Assembly: GCA_043228905.1 (NCBI GenBank)
Contig: JBHGNT010000018.1
Location: 13,702,001-13,766,000 of the forward strand
Reading direction: 5' to 3'
DNA from: Azolla caroliniana
Lineage: Eukaryota > Plantae > Polypodiophyta
DNA length: 64,000 nucleotides
Below, one piece after another: positions 48,014 to 60,422 of the stretch. A program made the position numbers and the translations under genes. Position 1 is the first letter of the stretch. The number at the start of each line of letters is the position of its first letter. The notes below the pieces were generated by a model that saw only the letters and a program-made list of their open reading frames with translations, was not told where the DNA came from and did no database searches.

Positions 48014-51000
48014 TGACTTAGCCTGTAACCTCTACATTTCTCCAGGCATAACTGGAGATGGTCAAGATGTTCTCCTTTCCTGCTGTACACCGCAAAGTCA
48101 TCCAAGAACACCTGCATAAACGTTGGGATAAATTCCCCGAAAATTTCCATGATGATTCGTTGGAACGTTGCTGGTGCCGTCTTCAGTCCGAACATCATCA
48201 CCACCACTACAAAGACTCCCCATTCAGTGACGAACATTGTTTTCTCCTTATCGTCTGAGTATCTTGATTTGGTTATACCCGCTGAATTCGTTGAGGAAGC
48301 TATACATCTCGTGGCCTACTACCGCATCCAATACTCCATCCATGAATGGGAGCCGGAATGCATCAGTGACAGTGGCAACATTCAATTTTCGGTAATCCAC
48401 ATAGACCCCGATGTTTCCGTTTTTCTTCGGTACCACCACGATCGGGCTTAGCCAGGTGGCTTTCTTCACCGGCCGGATGAACCCAACCCACAACAACTTG
48501 TTGATCTCTTCTTTTACTTTAGCCGCATAATTCGGATTCATCCGGTAACGTCTTTGCGCTACCGGTTTCGCATCCTTGCTTAAATGAATCTGGTGCTGAT
48601 GTAATTGCGGGTCCTGGCCCCGCATGTCTTCATATGACCACCCAAATACGTCCCGGAATTTTTTAATTTTTTCAATAATGTGATCATTGCCGATTTCTCC
48701 TCTCCTGGCATTTCTTTGGCCACTTGCACCGGTCTTGCTTCTTCGTTGGTTCCCAAATTCACTTCTTCCAATTGTGATGCTTTCACCCATTGTAATACCG
48801 CCATCTCCCACTCTAGGGTCTCTTGTGCTTGTCGCAGTTCCTGGACGACGTTCCTATCCGGCTCCTCACTGGCATCCTCCGGTTCTCCAATATATAGGGA
48901 CACCGCCTCTGCTACGTCTATTTCGAACAGAGGGACTATCCTTGGGTTTTCATCAAGGTATGGATCTACCTCCTCATCGGCAAGCCCTTCCAGCATATTC
49001 ACGCTTTCGGCATATAACGGTGTTACTTCCTTGCATGGGTCTGCTTGAGGGTGCGTGGGTACTCTGACCTTAGTTTTCCCCCTTCGAAACGTAATGTTGT
49101 TCTTCTCCCAAATTTGTTTGATGTGGGTGGTCTGTAACCATGGTCGTCCCAGCAACAGTGGGTATGCTCCCTGTGCATTCAACTAGAGGACGATGGTAGA
49201 AATCTGGAAGGCATGGACTCGGATTGTTACCTCCAAATCCCAGATTAATCCGGTCGGTCGCACTGAGCTGGTGTCCGCCATCCGAAGCCAGAACGGGCAT
49301 GGTTTCCATTCTTGGATCTTCCCCGGTACTTCGTGTCCTTTGACAATGGTGATGATTGCAGGACGGCTGGTATCGACCATTGACGGCCCTTCATCCGGAT
49401 TCGAAAAGAACGTCGGAGCCGGTGTGGGGGTTGGTGGGGCCCATGCTGATTTTAACCCATCGGTGAATCGGGGCACCAATTGTAGTAACCGACCCAGTGG
49501 TAGCATGATCTGGCATTCCTGTAATGCCCGCTAGATGGGGTTATCCTGCTGCGTCATCTCTGTAGGTTCCTCCAATGCGTTCCTTTGCTCCTTCAGTTCG
49601 GTGACAATTTGTTCGTTTGCCTTTTCGATCCACTCCGTAGTTTGTTTGCGGATAGCTTCCTGAGCCTCCCATTCAACCATCTTTCCCTTCGATCTAGTGG
49701 TGACTTGCTGGATGTCTGCCACTTCCGCAACCACCATGTTGATTGCCGGTCGTTTGTCGTGACTCTTTACCAGACATTGGTTTCTGTAGTGTCCCTCTTG
49801 GTGGCAATAGTAGCAATACGCCTTCCATGTATTGCTAGACTCTGCTTTTTGCATGTTACCCAGTTGAAATCCGGATACTATCCGGTTAGGCTCCTCTACT
49901 CTTCTTTGTCCCGTTTGAGCACTAGTTATGCTTCTGTCTGGCTCTCATTGGTAATCCTTTGCCGGTTCCCGACGATCCTCTTTCCGAGCGTTCTGTTTTT
50001 TATTATAGTGTCAGTTGTTCCGGTATCCTTGCCGGCGCCAGTCTTCATAGTCTTCCCGTTGATCCTGTCTTCTCCGATCATAACCGGGGGAGTAATCTCG
50101 ATTATAACGATCGCCCTTATAGTCGCAGCTTCCCTAGCTCTGATCCTGGTCATAATCATCTCGTCGGTCACTGTATCGGATGTCTTGTACCGGTCGGTAG
50201 CGATTGTCTCGCCGAAATCGTTCTTCTTTGTCCTCCTGGTCATTTCGATTGGTGCTAGACTGGTGCAGTTTGCCGATTCAGCAGGTTGTACTTGCAGTGG
50301 TCCATTGTATGTGACCGAAAATGGCATAGTACACACTACGATCTCATCGCGTACTCTATTCTTGAGTGCCGGGGGGTTAAGGCACGTCATGCATTGGACC
50401 GCCTGGCAAAAGCGTAGGTCCTCTTCGGTGGGGAGTGTTCTTTGGAGTGCTCCCATCGTCAATCACGAACTCGTTTGGTCCATTTCCATGACCTGATCAA
50501 TTACCCGGTCTATTGTGCTGGTCCGAAAATCTATGACCACACACGGTTCGGAGAGGTTCCCGGAGTGCTGCAAAAAATACCGCTTTCACTTCAGCTTCTG
50601 GTGGTGCTCTAGTGAGTTGACTATGCATCGTCTAAAACTGGATAACAAACTGCTGAATGGTTTTGGACGGGTCCTGTCGTGTCTTATAAAATTGGTCGAA
50701 AATATCTTTTTGATCCATCTATCTGTGGAAGAAGCATAGAAATCTAGTCTTTAAATCCTCAAATGTGGCGATGCTACCGAGAAGGTGCTTGGAGTGCCAA
50801 CGTGCCGCCGATCCCTTAAAAGTCATGCCAAATTCCACAATTTCTTATCGTTCTACCTCTGCATCGTTCAGTCGTTGGGAGAAATAATTCGCCTCCTAAG
50901 TTTAGAGAAATGCGTATACATGGGCTTCCACGTCCGGGTCATCCCAATACTTCGGATATTGGTATGGCATTGTGTCATCGTCTTCTTGTGCTGTCGAGGC

Positions 51001-52017
51001 CGGTGTCGGAACTCGCCCCTCCTGTTCCGTCGGTGACTCGGGTTGTGGTGTCGGAACTCGTTCCTCCTCTTGTTGTTCTGTGCCGGTCAGTTTGTCTGGA
51101 GCTTCCAGTTTCGTTGTTGCCGGCTTCGGTGTCGGTATGTGGTCCGACTCGTCGTCTTTCGGGTCGTCTGGGGTATCGTGGCTACTATGATAATTCGATT
51201 GGACACTTTGTCCGCCGTCCGAATCCGATTCGATGGCTGAGAACGTTTCCGAACCATCATCTCTTGCGGCAAGTGTCTGCAAAATGGATTCCGCTTCCTA
51301 CAGACTGCTAAGACTACTTCCTTCGTCTGGGCGGTGGTTCTGTTGCAATCGGAGTGACTCCTCCGGGACCCGCCAAATCACTCTGCAAAAAGACTGATCC
51401 GATCGGATCTCTTCCACCGCTTGCTGGTAAGCCTCCCACTTTTGCAGTCTCTCGGCGAGTCTTCTCGCTCGCTCGGCTAGTGGGTCGTTTGTTGGTCTAT
51501 TCATTAATTCCCCTCTTGTTCACTGCATTTTTTGCAGGAATCGTGGTCGCCAAAATTGTGTTGTCACAAGGCTGGACAAGCCGCTAACATATGGTGTCCC
51601 TTTAGAACACTTCACAAAAGGGGTGGTACGGTAAGGAATGTGCAAACCATGAAACAAGACTGATCCTTCCCGATTACTCTCTGGAATGATTAACTTGATA
51701 CACGCGTATGATAATCACATTAAGCATAGACCGGTATTAACAAGATACACAATACATAAAGATACAACACTTCTCTATTAATTATCCATCATCAATTACA
51801 TCATCTCCGGATACTTTTATAGGTATCCGGTTGTGCTACAAACCAGTGCCAACCGACAATCGGTTATGAACCGGTCTAGATCCGGATCGGCATAGTGATT
51901 CCGGGTCCGTCTGTTCGATCTTATAGTTATCATAACGATCTTCTAATTATCATAATTTATCTAATTACAACTCCCAAAACAGACTCCCCTTTCATACTCT
52001 GGCCTAACCGGCCAACA
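48014..52017 (-). mobile_element. Athila/Phygy-like element I (relative of C): 5' LTR 51559-52017, gag-PR-partial RT
   Basis: PBS TGGCGACCACGATTCCTGC as in C; CYYCHQEGHYRNQC; PCPFWLRMADTSSVRP; FLDD; cut at 48014. Confidence 0.9.
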
Positions 52018-54050
52018 TGACTGTCATAGTAGAGCTGGAATGCCTCCTACCGGATCCCTAGCTCTCCGATGAAGTCCTTCATCTAGATTACATCTTTACC
52101 GGCTTCCACAACCGCCATGTATTCCGCTTTAGTTGTTGATAGTGCAAGGGAATTCTGTAGCCTCGACTGGCATGATTCGACTCCCTTTGCATATGTCCTA
52201 ACATATTCGGAAGTTGACCGGCTGGTATCTGCATAAGCAGACACATCCGAATACATGAATGCTTCAAGCCGGGGTTTTCCAGAGCCGAATTGAAGGCACA
52301 TACTCGAGGTGCCTTTCAAGTACCAGAGTATCCACTTAACCGCGGTTCAGTGTTCTCTTCCTAGATTGCTCATGAACCGGTTGACCACTCTGACAACATA
52401 TCCGATATCCGGCCGAGTACACACCATTGCATACATCAAGCTTCCGACGACAGAGGCATATGGTATCTTCATCATCTTTGACTTCTCTGCCTTCATCTTC
52501 GGACTTTTCTTTCCGAAGAGCTTGCAATTTGTCAGAAGTGTCGATCTGACCGACTTCACATCTGTCATGCTGAACCATTGGAGCACCTTCACCATGTACT
52601 TCTCCTATGACAACCACAATAGCTCCTTGGTCTGGTCCCAGACTATGTGCATCCCCAATATTTGTCACACCAGACCCAAATCTTTCATTGAGAAGGTCCG
52701 GTTCAAGGCCTTCTTTAGATTCCCGATTTTGGTTCGGTCCGGTCTGACAATCAGCATGTCATCCACATATAGTAGGAGTATCAGGAAGTCTCCTCCGTTG
52801 AAATTCTTCACAAATACACAGTGGTCAGCTTGCATCTTGTGATATCCTTGATCGTTCATGAAGGAGTCAAACTTCCGGTACCATTTCCGAGGAGCTTGCT
52901 TTAGTCCGTATAAGCTCTTCTTCAACCGGCATACCAGGTGCTCCTTCCCTTTCTTGACGAATCCTTCCGGTGGTTGCATGTAGATATCTTCTTTGAGGTC
53001 TCCATGTAGGAACGTCATCTTGACGTCTAATTGCTCTACCGCGAGGTTCATGCTTGCCGCTATGCTCAACACAATCTGGATGGATGTCATCTTCACTACC
53101 GGGGCAAAGATCTCATCGAAATCCACTCATTTCTTGTGTTGGAAGCCCTTCACCACAATGCGGGCCTTATACCTTGGTGGATTTCCGAAGTCCCCCGGTT
53201 TCAACTTGTACACCCACTTGTTCCGGAGTGCTCTCTTTCCCTTCAACAACTCCGTCAGTTCAAATGTGTGGTTCTCATGTAGGGAATCCATCTCATCCTA
53301 CATGGCACTTAACCACTTGCAACTATGAGTGTCTTTCTTTGCTTCTTCAAAGCTTTCCGGCTCCCCTTGGTTGGTCAATAACAAATGCTCTGCATTCAGA
53401 AATCTCCCGGGGGACCTTCTCTCTCTTAGAGGGTATATTCTTCATTGGTTCTTGTCCACCAGTTCCTCCGTTTGCTCTTCATCTGAATCTGATTCAGAGT
53501 CTTGTCTGGTTCCAATGTCCAAATCTTCTTCGATCGGTTCGGTCTCCTGTCTGACTTCAGCCGGTTCTTTGAGTGTTATCCGGCTTCCGACCGGATGGGT
53601 CCCATCGATCGATCCAGAGTCTGCTATCTTCTTCTTCAAATCCCATTGGAAATACTCTTGTCTTCCACGAAGACTGTGTCTCGACTTCGGAACACCTTCT
53701 TGTTGACCAAGTCCCACACTCAGTATCCAAACTCATCATCGCCGTATCCAAGGAATATGCATAGCTTGCACTTCAGATCCAACTTTGCTCTCTTGTCCTT
53801 TGCAACATGCACGTAAGCGACACAACCAAACACCTTTAGATGCCGGTAAGACACGTCTTTACCGGTCCATACTTTCTGCGGTGAGTCTCCTTGCAAGGGC
53901 ATTGAGGGTGATCTGTTTATTATATAGGTCGTTGTCATCAACGCCTCAGCCCAAAACATCTTGGGTAACTTTGCATGTGCTAGCATGCTCCGGATTCTCT
54001 CCATTATGGTCCGGTTCATCCTTTCGGCCAATCCATTCAGCTCTGGCGTC
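52018..54050 (-). mobile_element. Ty1/copia internal fragment J (Tnt1-like INT-RT-RH), decayed
   Basis: AERMNRTIMERIRSML; CIFLGYGDDEFGY; KKSLYGLKQAPR; LLLYVDDML; PYASVVGSLMYAMVCTRPDI. Confidence 0.9.
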
Positions 54051-54150
54051 NNNNNNNNNNNNNNNNNNNNNNNNNNNNNNNNNNNNNNNNNNNNNNNNNN
54101 NNNNNNNNNNNNNNNNNNNNNNNNNNNNNNNNNNNNNNNNNNNNNNNNNN
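54051..54150. other. Assembly gap (100 N)
   Basis: Run of N; the sequences on either side belong to different elements. Confidence 1.
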
Positions 54151-57100
54151 ACGTTCGTTACGAGATGTGCAATGTTTCCTTGGCTTTGCTAACTTCTACC
54201 GCAAGTTTATACAAGATTACTTGAAGATTATTTTACCTCTCACATAGCTTACCAAGAAGGGACAGTTATTTCTTTGGTCCAATGAAGCGGGCATGGCTTT
54301 TATGCATCTTAAGAAAGCCTTTACATCAGCTCCTATTCTAGCTCATGTGGATACAAACAAACCATTCATCATGGAGGCCGACACATCGGATTTCGCCCTC
54401 GATAGGATCCTTTCACAACAAGGAGATAAAGAAAAGTTACATCCTATGACTTTCCACTCCCACAAATTTGATCTCGCAGAAATTAACTACGAGATACATG
54501 ACAAGGAGTTATTAGCCATCGTGGATTCGTTTGTGCAATGGCGGCACTTCTTAGAGGGCTCTCCTCATCAGGTCATCATCTTCAGTGATCACAAAAATCT
54601 TGCTTACTTCCAGAACGCTCGTGTAGTAAATCGATGGCAAGCTCGGTGGGCCCAATTCCTCACGCGTTTTGACTTCAAAATCACATATCGGTCGGGGAAG
54701 CAGCAAGGAAAAGTAGATGCATTATCGGGACGTTCATATCTTTCACCTCGTTCAGGTGATCCAGCATTTGATAATCAAAAGCAGGTAATCTTGGGACCAA
54801 CACGTTTGACACAACGCGGATTTTTCACACTCCAGTGGATTCCCGGATTATCGATGCCATACGTGCCAACTTGAAGACAGACAGTTTTGCTCAAGCCATT
54901 CTAGCGCAAATTGATGCCTCTTGGGCATCTTGTTCCCAATCTCAACAACCAGGTATGGACTACCAACAATTCGAATATCATGATGGTTTATTATTCTTTA
55001 AAAAGCTCATGTATGTTCCCAATTGCTCCTATCGCCTTCAAATCGTCCAAAATTGTCACGACGCCCATACAGTTGGACATTTCGGTAGTACTAAGACGTT
55101 GGATCTAGTTCGACGATCCTTTTGGTGGCCCCATATGCGACGTTTTGTGAACGACTATGTTCGGACCTGTGATGCTTATTGTCGAGCAAAGATGCCATGA
55201 CATCATCCATATGTCTTGTTGGAATCCTTATGAATTCCAAGTAAGCCATGGTAGTCCATTTGTCTTGATTTTATCATAGATCTTCCAATTTCGAAGGGTT
55301 TCGATGTTATCTTAACCGTCGTTGATCGATATACTAAGATGGCTCATTTTATGCCTTGTACTAAGGCCATCACTAGTGAGGAAACCGTAGCCCTTGTCAT
55401 GCATGAGGCATTTCGGCATCATGGCTCAGGTCTCTCCATTTTACGCTTATACCAGTTCTCATCCTCGCTGGTCTGTGATCGACACTCCGGAGCTACCTAC
55501 CACTCCTCGTGCTGAGGATCATTTGGAGAGGCTATGGATTCAGACGGATGTATCTACTCATCTTCATTATGCTCAACACACTCAGAAGACATACAGATCG
55601 TCATCGGCTTCCCTCCTCTTTTGCCATCGGAGATCGAGTATGGCTCTTACGTCGTCACATCAAGACAACTCGACCGTGCAACAAATTGGATTATCGACGA
55701 CTCGGTCCTTTCCGTATTACCGGCAAGATTAATGATGTCACGTTCTACCTTGATCTTCCTCCGCACCTTTAGATACATCCGATCTTCCATAGTTCTCTTC
55801 TCAAACCTTATTAGGCCAACACTATTCCCAATCGTGTTACACTGTTGTCGTGTGGTTTTTCACACACGATATGAAAACTATTTAAAAATAATAATAATAA
55901 ATAATAATAAAATTATTTTATATTAGCTTAGTGGCTTGTTATAGAAAACGCATTTTACTATATATAAAATAGACAACTACATATCAAGTTATGTGAACAT
56001 GAAGTTTTGAGAAGACAGGGAAAATAGAACTATGATTTATCCCACATAGATAGGAAACTTAAGGCCCTGGCTATATAATCACATTGAGATCCATTATTTT
56101 TCATTTGTGCTAAGAGCACTTTGGCCACTTTGTCTAGATGGATGAATGTGGCCAAGTTCCCAAAAACCGACTGGCAATAAAATGGAACCGATCGGTAATG
56201 GAACCAGAACCGACCGGTAAGCAAACTAGAATTGGACGATAAGCAAACTGGAACCGGTCGGTAATCAAAATGGAACCGGCCAGTAAGCAAACTAGAACCA
56301 GCCGGTAAGCAAACCAGAATCGGCTGGAAATCAATTTGGAACCGATCGGTAAGCCGGAAACCAAACCGGAATCGGCCAGTAAACAATTCGGAACCAGCCG
56401 ATCAGCCAGAAACCAAACTAGAATTGGCAGGTAAGCAAATCGGAAACGGTCGGTAAGCAAACTGGAACCGGCCGGAAAGTGAACCGGAACCGGTCAGGCA
56501 TCAAACCGAAATCGACCGACAATCAAACCGAAACCGGCTGGTCATCGAACCGGAACCGGACTGGACGAACGCGGACCGGACGGATTGGATGGGCGGCGAT
56601 CGAGACGGACAGATGATAGGATCATGTGGCTAATTAAAGTAAAGAAAAGAAAACTAAAGTAAAGATCATGTGGACGGTCGCATGCAACTAAAAGAAAAAG
56701 GCATGCAACTAAAAGTAGAGGCCATGTAACTAAAAGTGGACATGCAAAGTAACATTGAAGGCTATGATCAATGGAGAACTCCATATAAATTTTTATTTTT
56801 TTCCTACACATCCTCTCTCCATATTTTTATTTTCTTTTCCTTCTTAGCTCTCTTATCTTCTGGAAGTCATAACACTCAAAAACCCTAATTATCCCTACGG
56901 AAGCCATATCTCTCGTATAACCTAATCCTAATTTTCCCTACGGAAGCCATTCAACTAAAAAACCCTAATTTCTTATCAAAGCTAAAAACCCCTAATTTCC
57001 TCAACGAAGATATCATTCATAAACCATAATCTCTTATCAAAGCCAAAAAACCCTAATTTTCTATCGAATCCATATCTCAAATTCTTCTAATCTATTATTC

Positions 57101-57851
57101 TAGTAATCTCCATAAGCTAAAACTTTTGTAATCCCAATATTGGGATTGATTGTAATCTTTCTTTTCCTTTGTTAATGAAATTTGTCAATCTTTCTTATTT
57201 CCATTAATTGTTTAATATAAACATACGAATCTAATATCCTCTGGTCGGAGGCCCCGGGGTCCTGCCTCAAGTTCATGTATCCTCGTCATATTTTCGCGAC
57301 ACCGTCGCCATCCCCGCTTGAGTTGGACATCGGCCCGGAGTATGAAGTTGTTGCCATCCTCAACTCCAAGTTTGTTCGCAACAAACTTTATTATTCGGTC
57401 GATTGGCTCGGCTATAGTCCGAGCGAACGTACTTGGGAACCCGTCGAGTGTGTCGCCAATGCTCAGGATCTTCTTGTTGATTTCCACCGAAAGTATCCGG
57501 ACAAACCCGGTCCACAATCAGCACCGACTCGTGACACTCGTCGTCTTAAAGGGGGGATAGTGTCATGATATGGCAAGACTCGAACCCATAACCTTATGTA
57601 ATATGGGTCGAGCTCTTGACCATTACATTATTTATTGTAATATGTAAGATATTATTTTCATTTAAATTTTACTATAGAAAATTATTGTATATTCTAGATT
57701 TCTCTGGAACATTCTAGAAGCTTCAGGACTATTCCTGAGAACACTATAAAAAGAGGCACAAGGCATTATTTCGAACCAAATTGGTTCAACGCCAGTCTTA
57801 AGCCTTATAGGTATTTGTACTTACTCTTCACATAAAATATCATCTGTTATC

Positions 57852-57914
<63 letters not shown>

Positions 57915-57999
57915 TCTTACGTAGTCCGTCCTCTTAGTACTAACAGTATTTCCCTTCTCTAGTACTAATTCTCTCTCTGTTTTAGAACTATTCCTGACA
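54151..57999 (+). mobile_element. Tcn1-like chromovirus K, 3' half (RH-INT-chromodomain, PPT, 3' LTR 57561-57999)
   Basis: NYEIHDKELLAIV; GHFGSTKTL; EYEVVAILNSK..VDWLGYSPSERTWEP; PPT AAAGGGGGGATAG at 57548-57560; TGTCA...TGACA. Confidence 0.92.
55846..57301. mobile_element. Solo LTR S2 (1456 bp), same family as S1
   Basis: TGTCG...CGACA termini; 4-bp TSD CTGT/CCGT; removing it restores NRVTPSPSPLELD in K. Confidence 0.88.
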
Positions 58000-58397
58000 C
58001 TATCCGGGTAAACCGGTTTGTCAAAGCTTCCGCATATTAACTTTGACAGCATGCAATAGAACCGGGGACTAACAAATGCTACTTCCAATAGAAATTTGGC
58101 GACTTCTTGAAACAGCTCATCTTCCCCGCCTTGAGTCTTCTATGCCTTTGGCAATGGTGAATAATCACTGAAATAGGACCGTAACACATCGGCGTCGAGA
58201 GAGTCCTGACCATCAAATCCTTCACATTTCAAATTAAGGAACCAACGTACCTATTTATTGGTGATCTTGTGAACGTTGATTTGATAGATGATATCCATCA
58301 CCTGTGGATGTGGTTCGATATCTACGACCCTAAGATAGCCCTGCAAACCCTTGGATTCCAGCCATTGGCATAGTCGGTCTAAGACTTGAATTGGCAT
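58000..58397 (-). pseudogene. Orphan eORF N-terminal domain (third homolog)
   Basis: MPIQVLDRLCQWLESKGLQGYLRVVDIEPHP...YFSDYSP..KA.KTQGGEDELFQEVAKFLLE; preceded by a C/A-rich leader like those in C and E. Confidence 0.75.
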
Positions 58398-58617
58398 GCT
58401 TTCGTCTGTTGTTGTTTCGAAAATGATGATGTTGTTGTTTGTCTTTGTCGGAGAAAGCCTGAATGCTTGAGTGCGTTGTTGTGGTTGTTTCTTGGGTTTA
58501 GAGAAAGCTTGAGATTTCTGTGAGAATATTTTTTGCATTCGCATGAAAACATCTGTGTTTTTGTGAAACACAGAATGTAGTCGTAGGGATGTTTGTGAAT
58601 GTTTGTGAAAGGATGGG

Positions 58618-60422
58618 TGTTACCCGTAAGAATATACGGGGAGGCATAAGGGTATGTGTAATGATGTGGTTGATGTGTATGTGTAAAGTAAATGAGTGTG
58701 TGAGGATGAGTATGTGTATGGACACATGTACAATTATGTGCATGTGTACAAGAATGTGTAGCGGTCTTATTTATAACGGTCATGTAACCGTAACATTGGA
58801 TGTATTATATAAACCCCCTATGGGATATGTAATGAAATATACATTTTTCCCCTTTCATTTTGTGTCATTTCCTATTTGTCTTTCTCTCTAGCTCTCTCTT
58901 TATCGTAACCCCCTTGGGAGGGGGATGAAGCCATTCTAGGCCAACCCCCACCCCATTAACACTTTTGGCATCGCTCCCTATTAGGAGCTGGAGAAAATAA
59001 CCTACAGGCATCGCATCATATATGACAATTTGGTCTAGTGCGGAAACATCTGGAGCTAGTTGCATGTGCTAGTTCCTGATGAAAGGAAGGCAAGCGCTCA
59101 TGGAGTTCATGCTGCGCGTGAGAGAGAGGGGGAGGGTTTTAGCATTGTTCTCCTCTCTATTCCTCCCATTATAAAGAAACCCATGTGTCATTTGATGGTA
59201 TTGCAAAGATGCCGAGTTCAGGTTCTAGCATGGCCTTGTGCACCTAGAAGCATGCTAGGTCATCTCTATCTCGTCTTTTGTATCAACGTCAATGGTTTTT
59301 TCCAAAGATTTGACGATGGATTCAGCTCTGGGTGCCATATATGATAAGATATGGGTATCAGACCAGATGTGGTCATATATAGGCATATTAGAAGAGGCTT
59401 TTGTGGGAAGGATCCTATTGAGAAGGTGAGTAGAAGAAAATTCGAATGAAAGAAGTGAGGTCCGACATGGTCTTCATTTCAGAAGTGAGGAGAAGATGGG
59501 ATCCACCTGAAGCCCAAGGGAAGAAGAAGACGAAGAAGGGGGGGGGGGGGGGGGGGTCTGTGTAGTCTAATTCTCCTGCTCCTGGTGCAACGGAGGCAAA
59601 TCCAGAAGAGAAGGCCCTTGCTACAAAAGGAGAGGCACAGGTGGCCATGAAAGCTACTATAAAGGAGGATGAATTAGCGAAGAGGGGAGGATCAAGAGGA
59701 CACAGAGGCGGATCTAGTAGCACAAGATGATCAGAAGTCGGTCAAGGAGGCTTTAGCGGCCATAGCTCTTGCATCTAGTGCAGATGTGGCACTGCTCAAG
59801 TGCCTACAAGCTCGATAGAAGAACAGAGAGAAGAAGCAACAGATACAAAAGGAGAAATCAGAGGCAGTGGCTGCTACAAGAAGGAAAGAGAAGAAAAAGT
59901 CAAGGACATTCGATAAAATTTTAGAAACATAAGGGCAAAGAAAACGAAATTTAAAAAGCCTGAGGACTTACAAGTGAATTGAAAAAATTAGAGGGTAGAA
60001 GAGAAAATTTTGAAAACTCAAGGGCATAAATATAACAAAAATGAAAAAATAAATTAAATTTAAAGAAAAAAAGAAAACTTTGAGGGAAAATTTTAAAGAC
60101 CAAAGGGTAAAAAATATAAAGCTCACTTCACATGATAAAAGAAAGAATACACAAATACACAACACGATTTCACGACCCATGCCACAATGAAATAGCCAAT
60201 TGGTGTATGATCCAATCACGACTTGTGCTGACCGAACGAGAAGGTTCAAGTCAAGCAAAGCTCCGATCAAAGTATTCGATCGTAGAACAGTGATCTGGTC
60301 GAGGGATTTCCGACCATTGAGACGACCGATGGAGTTCCGGTCGAGAAGAGTTGTCATGGCGAGTGGGTTCACCGTGCAATGCCACAGTGAACTAGCCGAT
60401 TGGTGTATGATCCAATCATGAC
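58618..60422 (+). mobile_element. Non-autonomous LTR element N2 (relative of N1): 5' LTR 58618-58961; interrupted by M
   Basis: TGTTACC...TAACA then CTTT and TGGCATCGCT (PBS-like). Shares with N1 an LTR segment (CCCCCTT.GGAGGGGG..GCCATTCTAGGC), AT-rich AAGGG repeats and hairpin repeats. Confidence 0.7.
59185..59449 (+). pseudogene. Possible degenerate pentatricopeptide-repeat (PPR) fragment inside N2
   Basis: DMGIRPDVVIYRHIRRGFCGK at 59348-59410; LVFCINVNGFF 34 codons upstream; VI.WYCK further upstream in another frame. Confidence 0.45.

Noticed and set aside
58607-58617. PPT before the LTR at 58618, implying a tandem three-LTR element with an antisense eORF
   Set aside because: The purine bias is explained by the C/A-rich eORF leader on the minus strand; an independent insertion is the simpler explanation.
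59076-59090. Hammerhead ribozyme core (CTGATGA) suggesting a retrozyme
   Set aside because: No stem II lies between CTGATGA and a GAAA, and no matching core was seen in N1.
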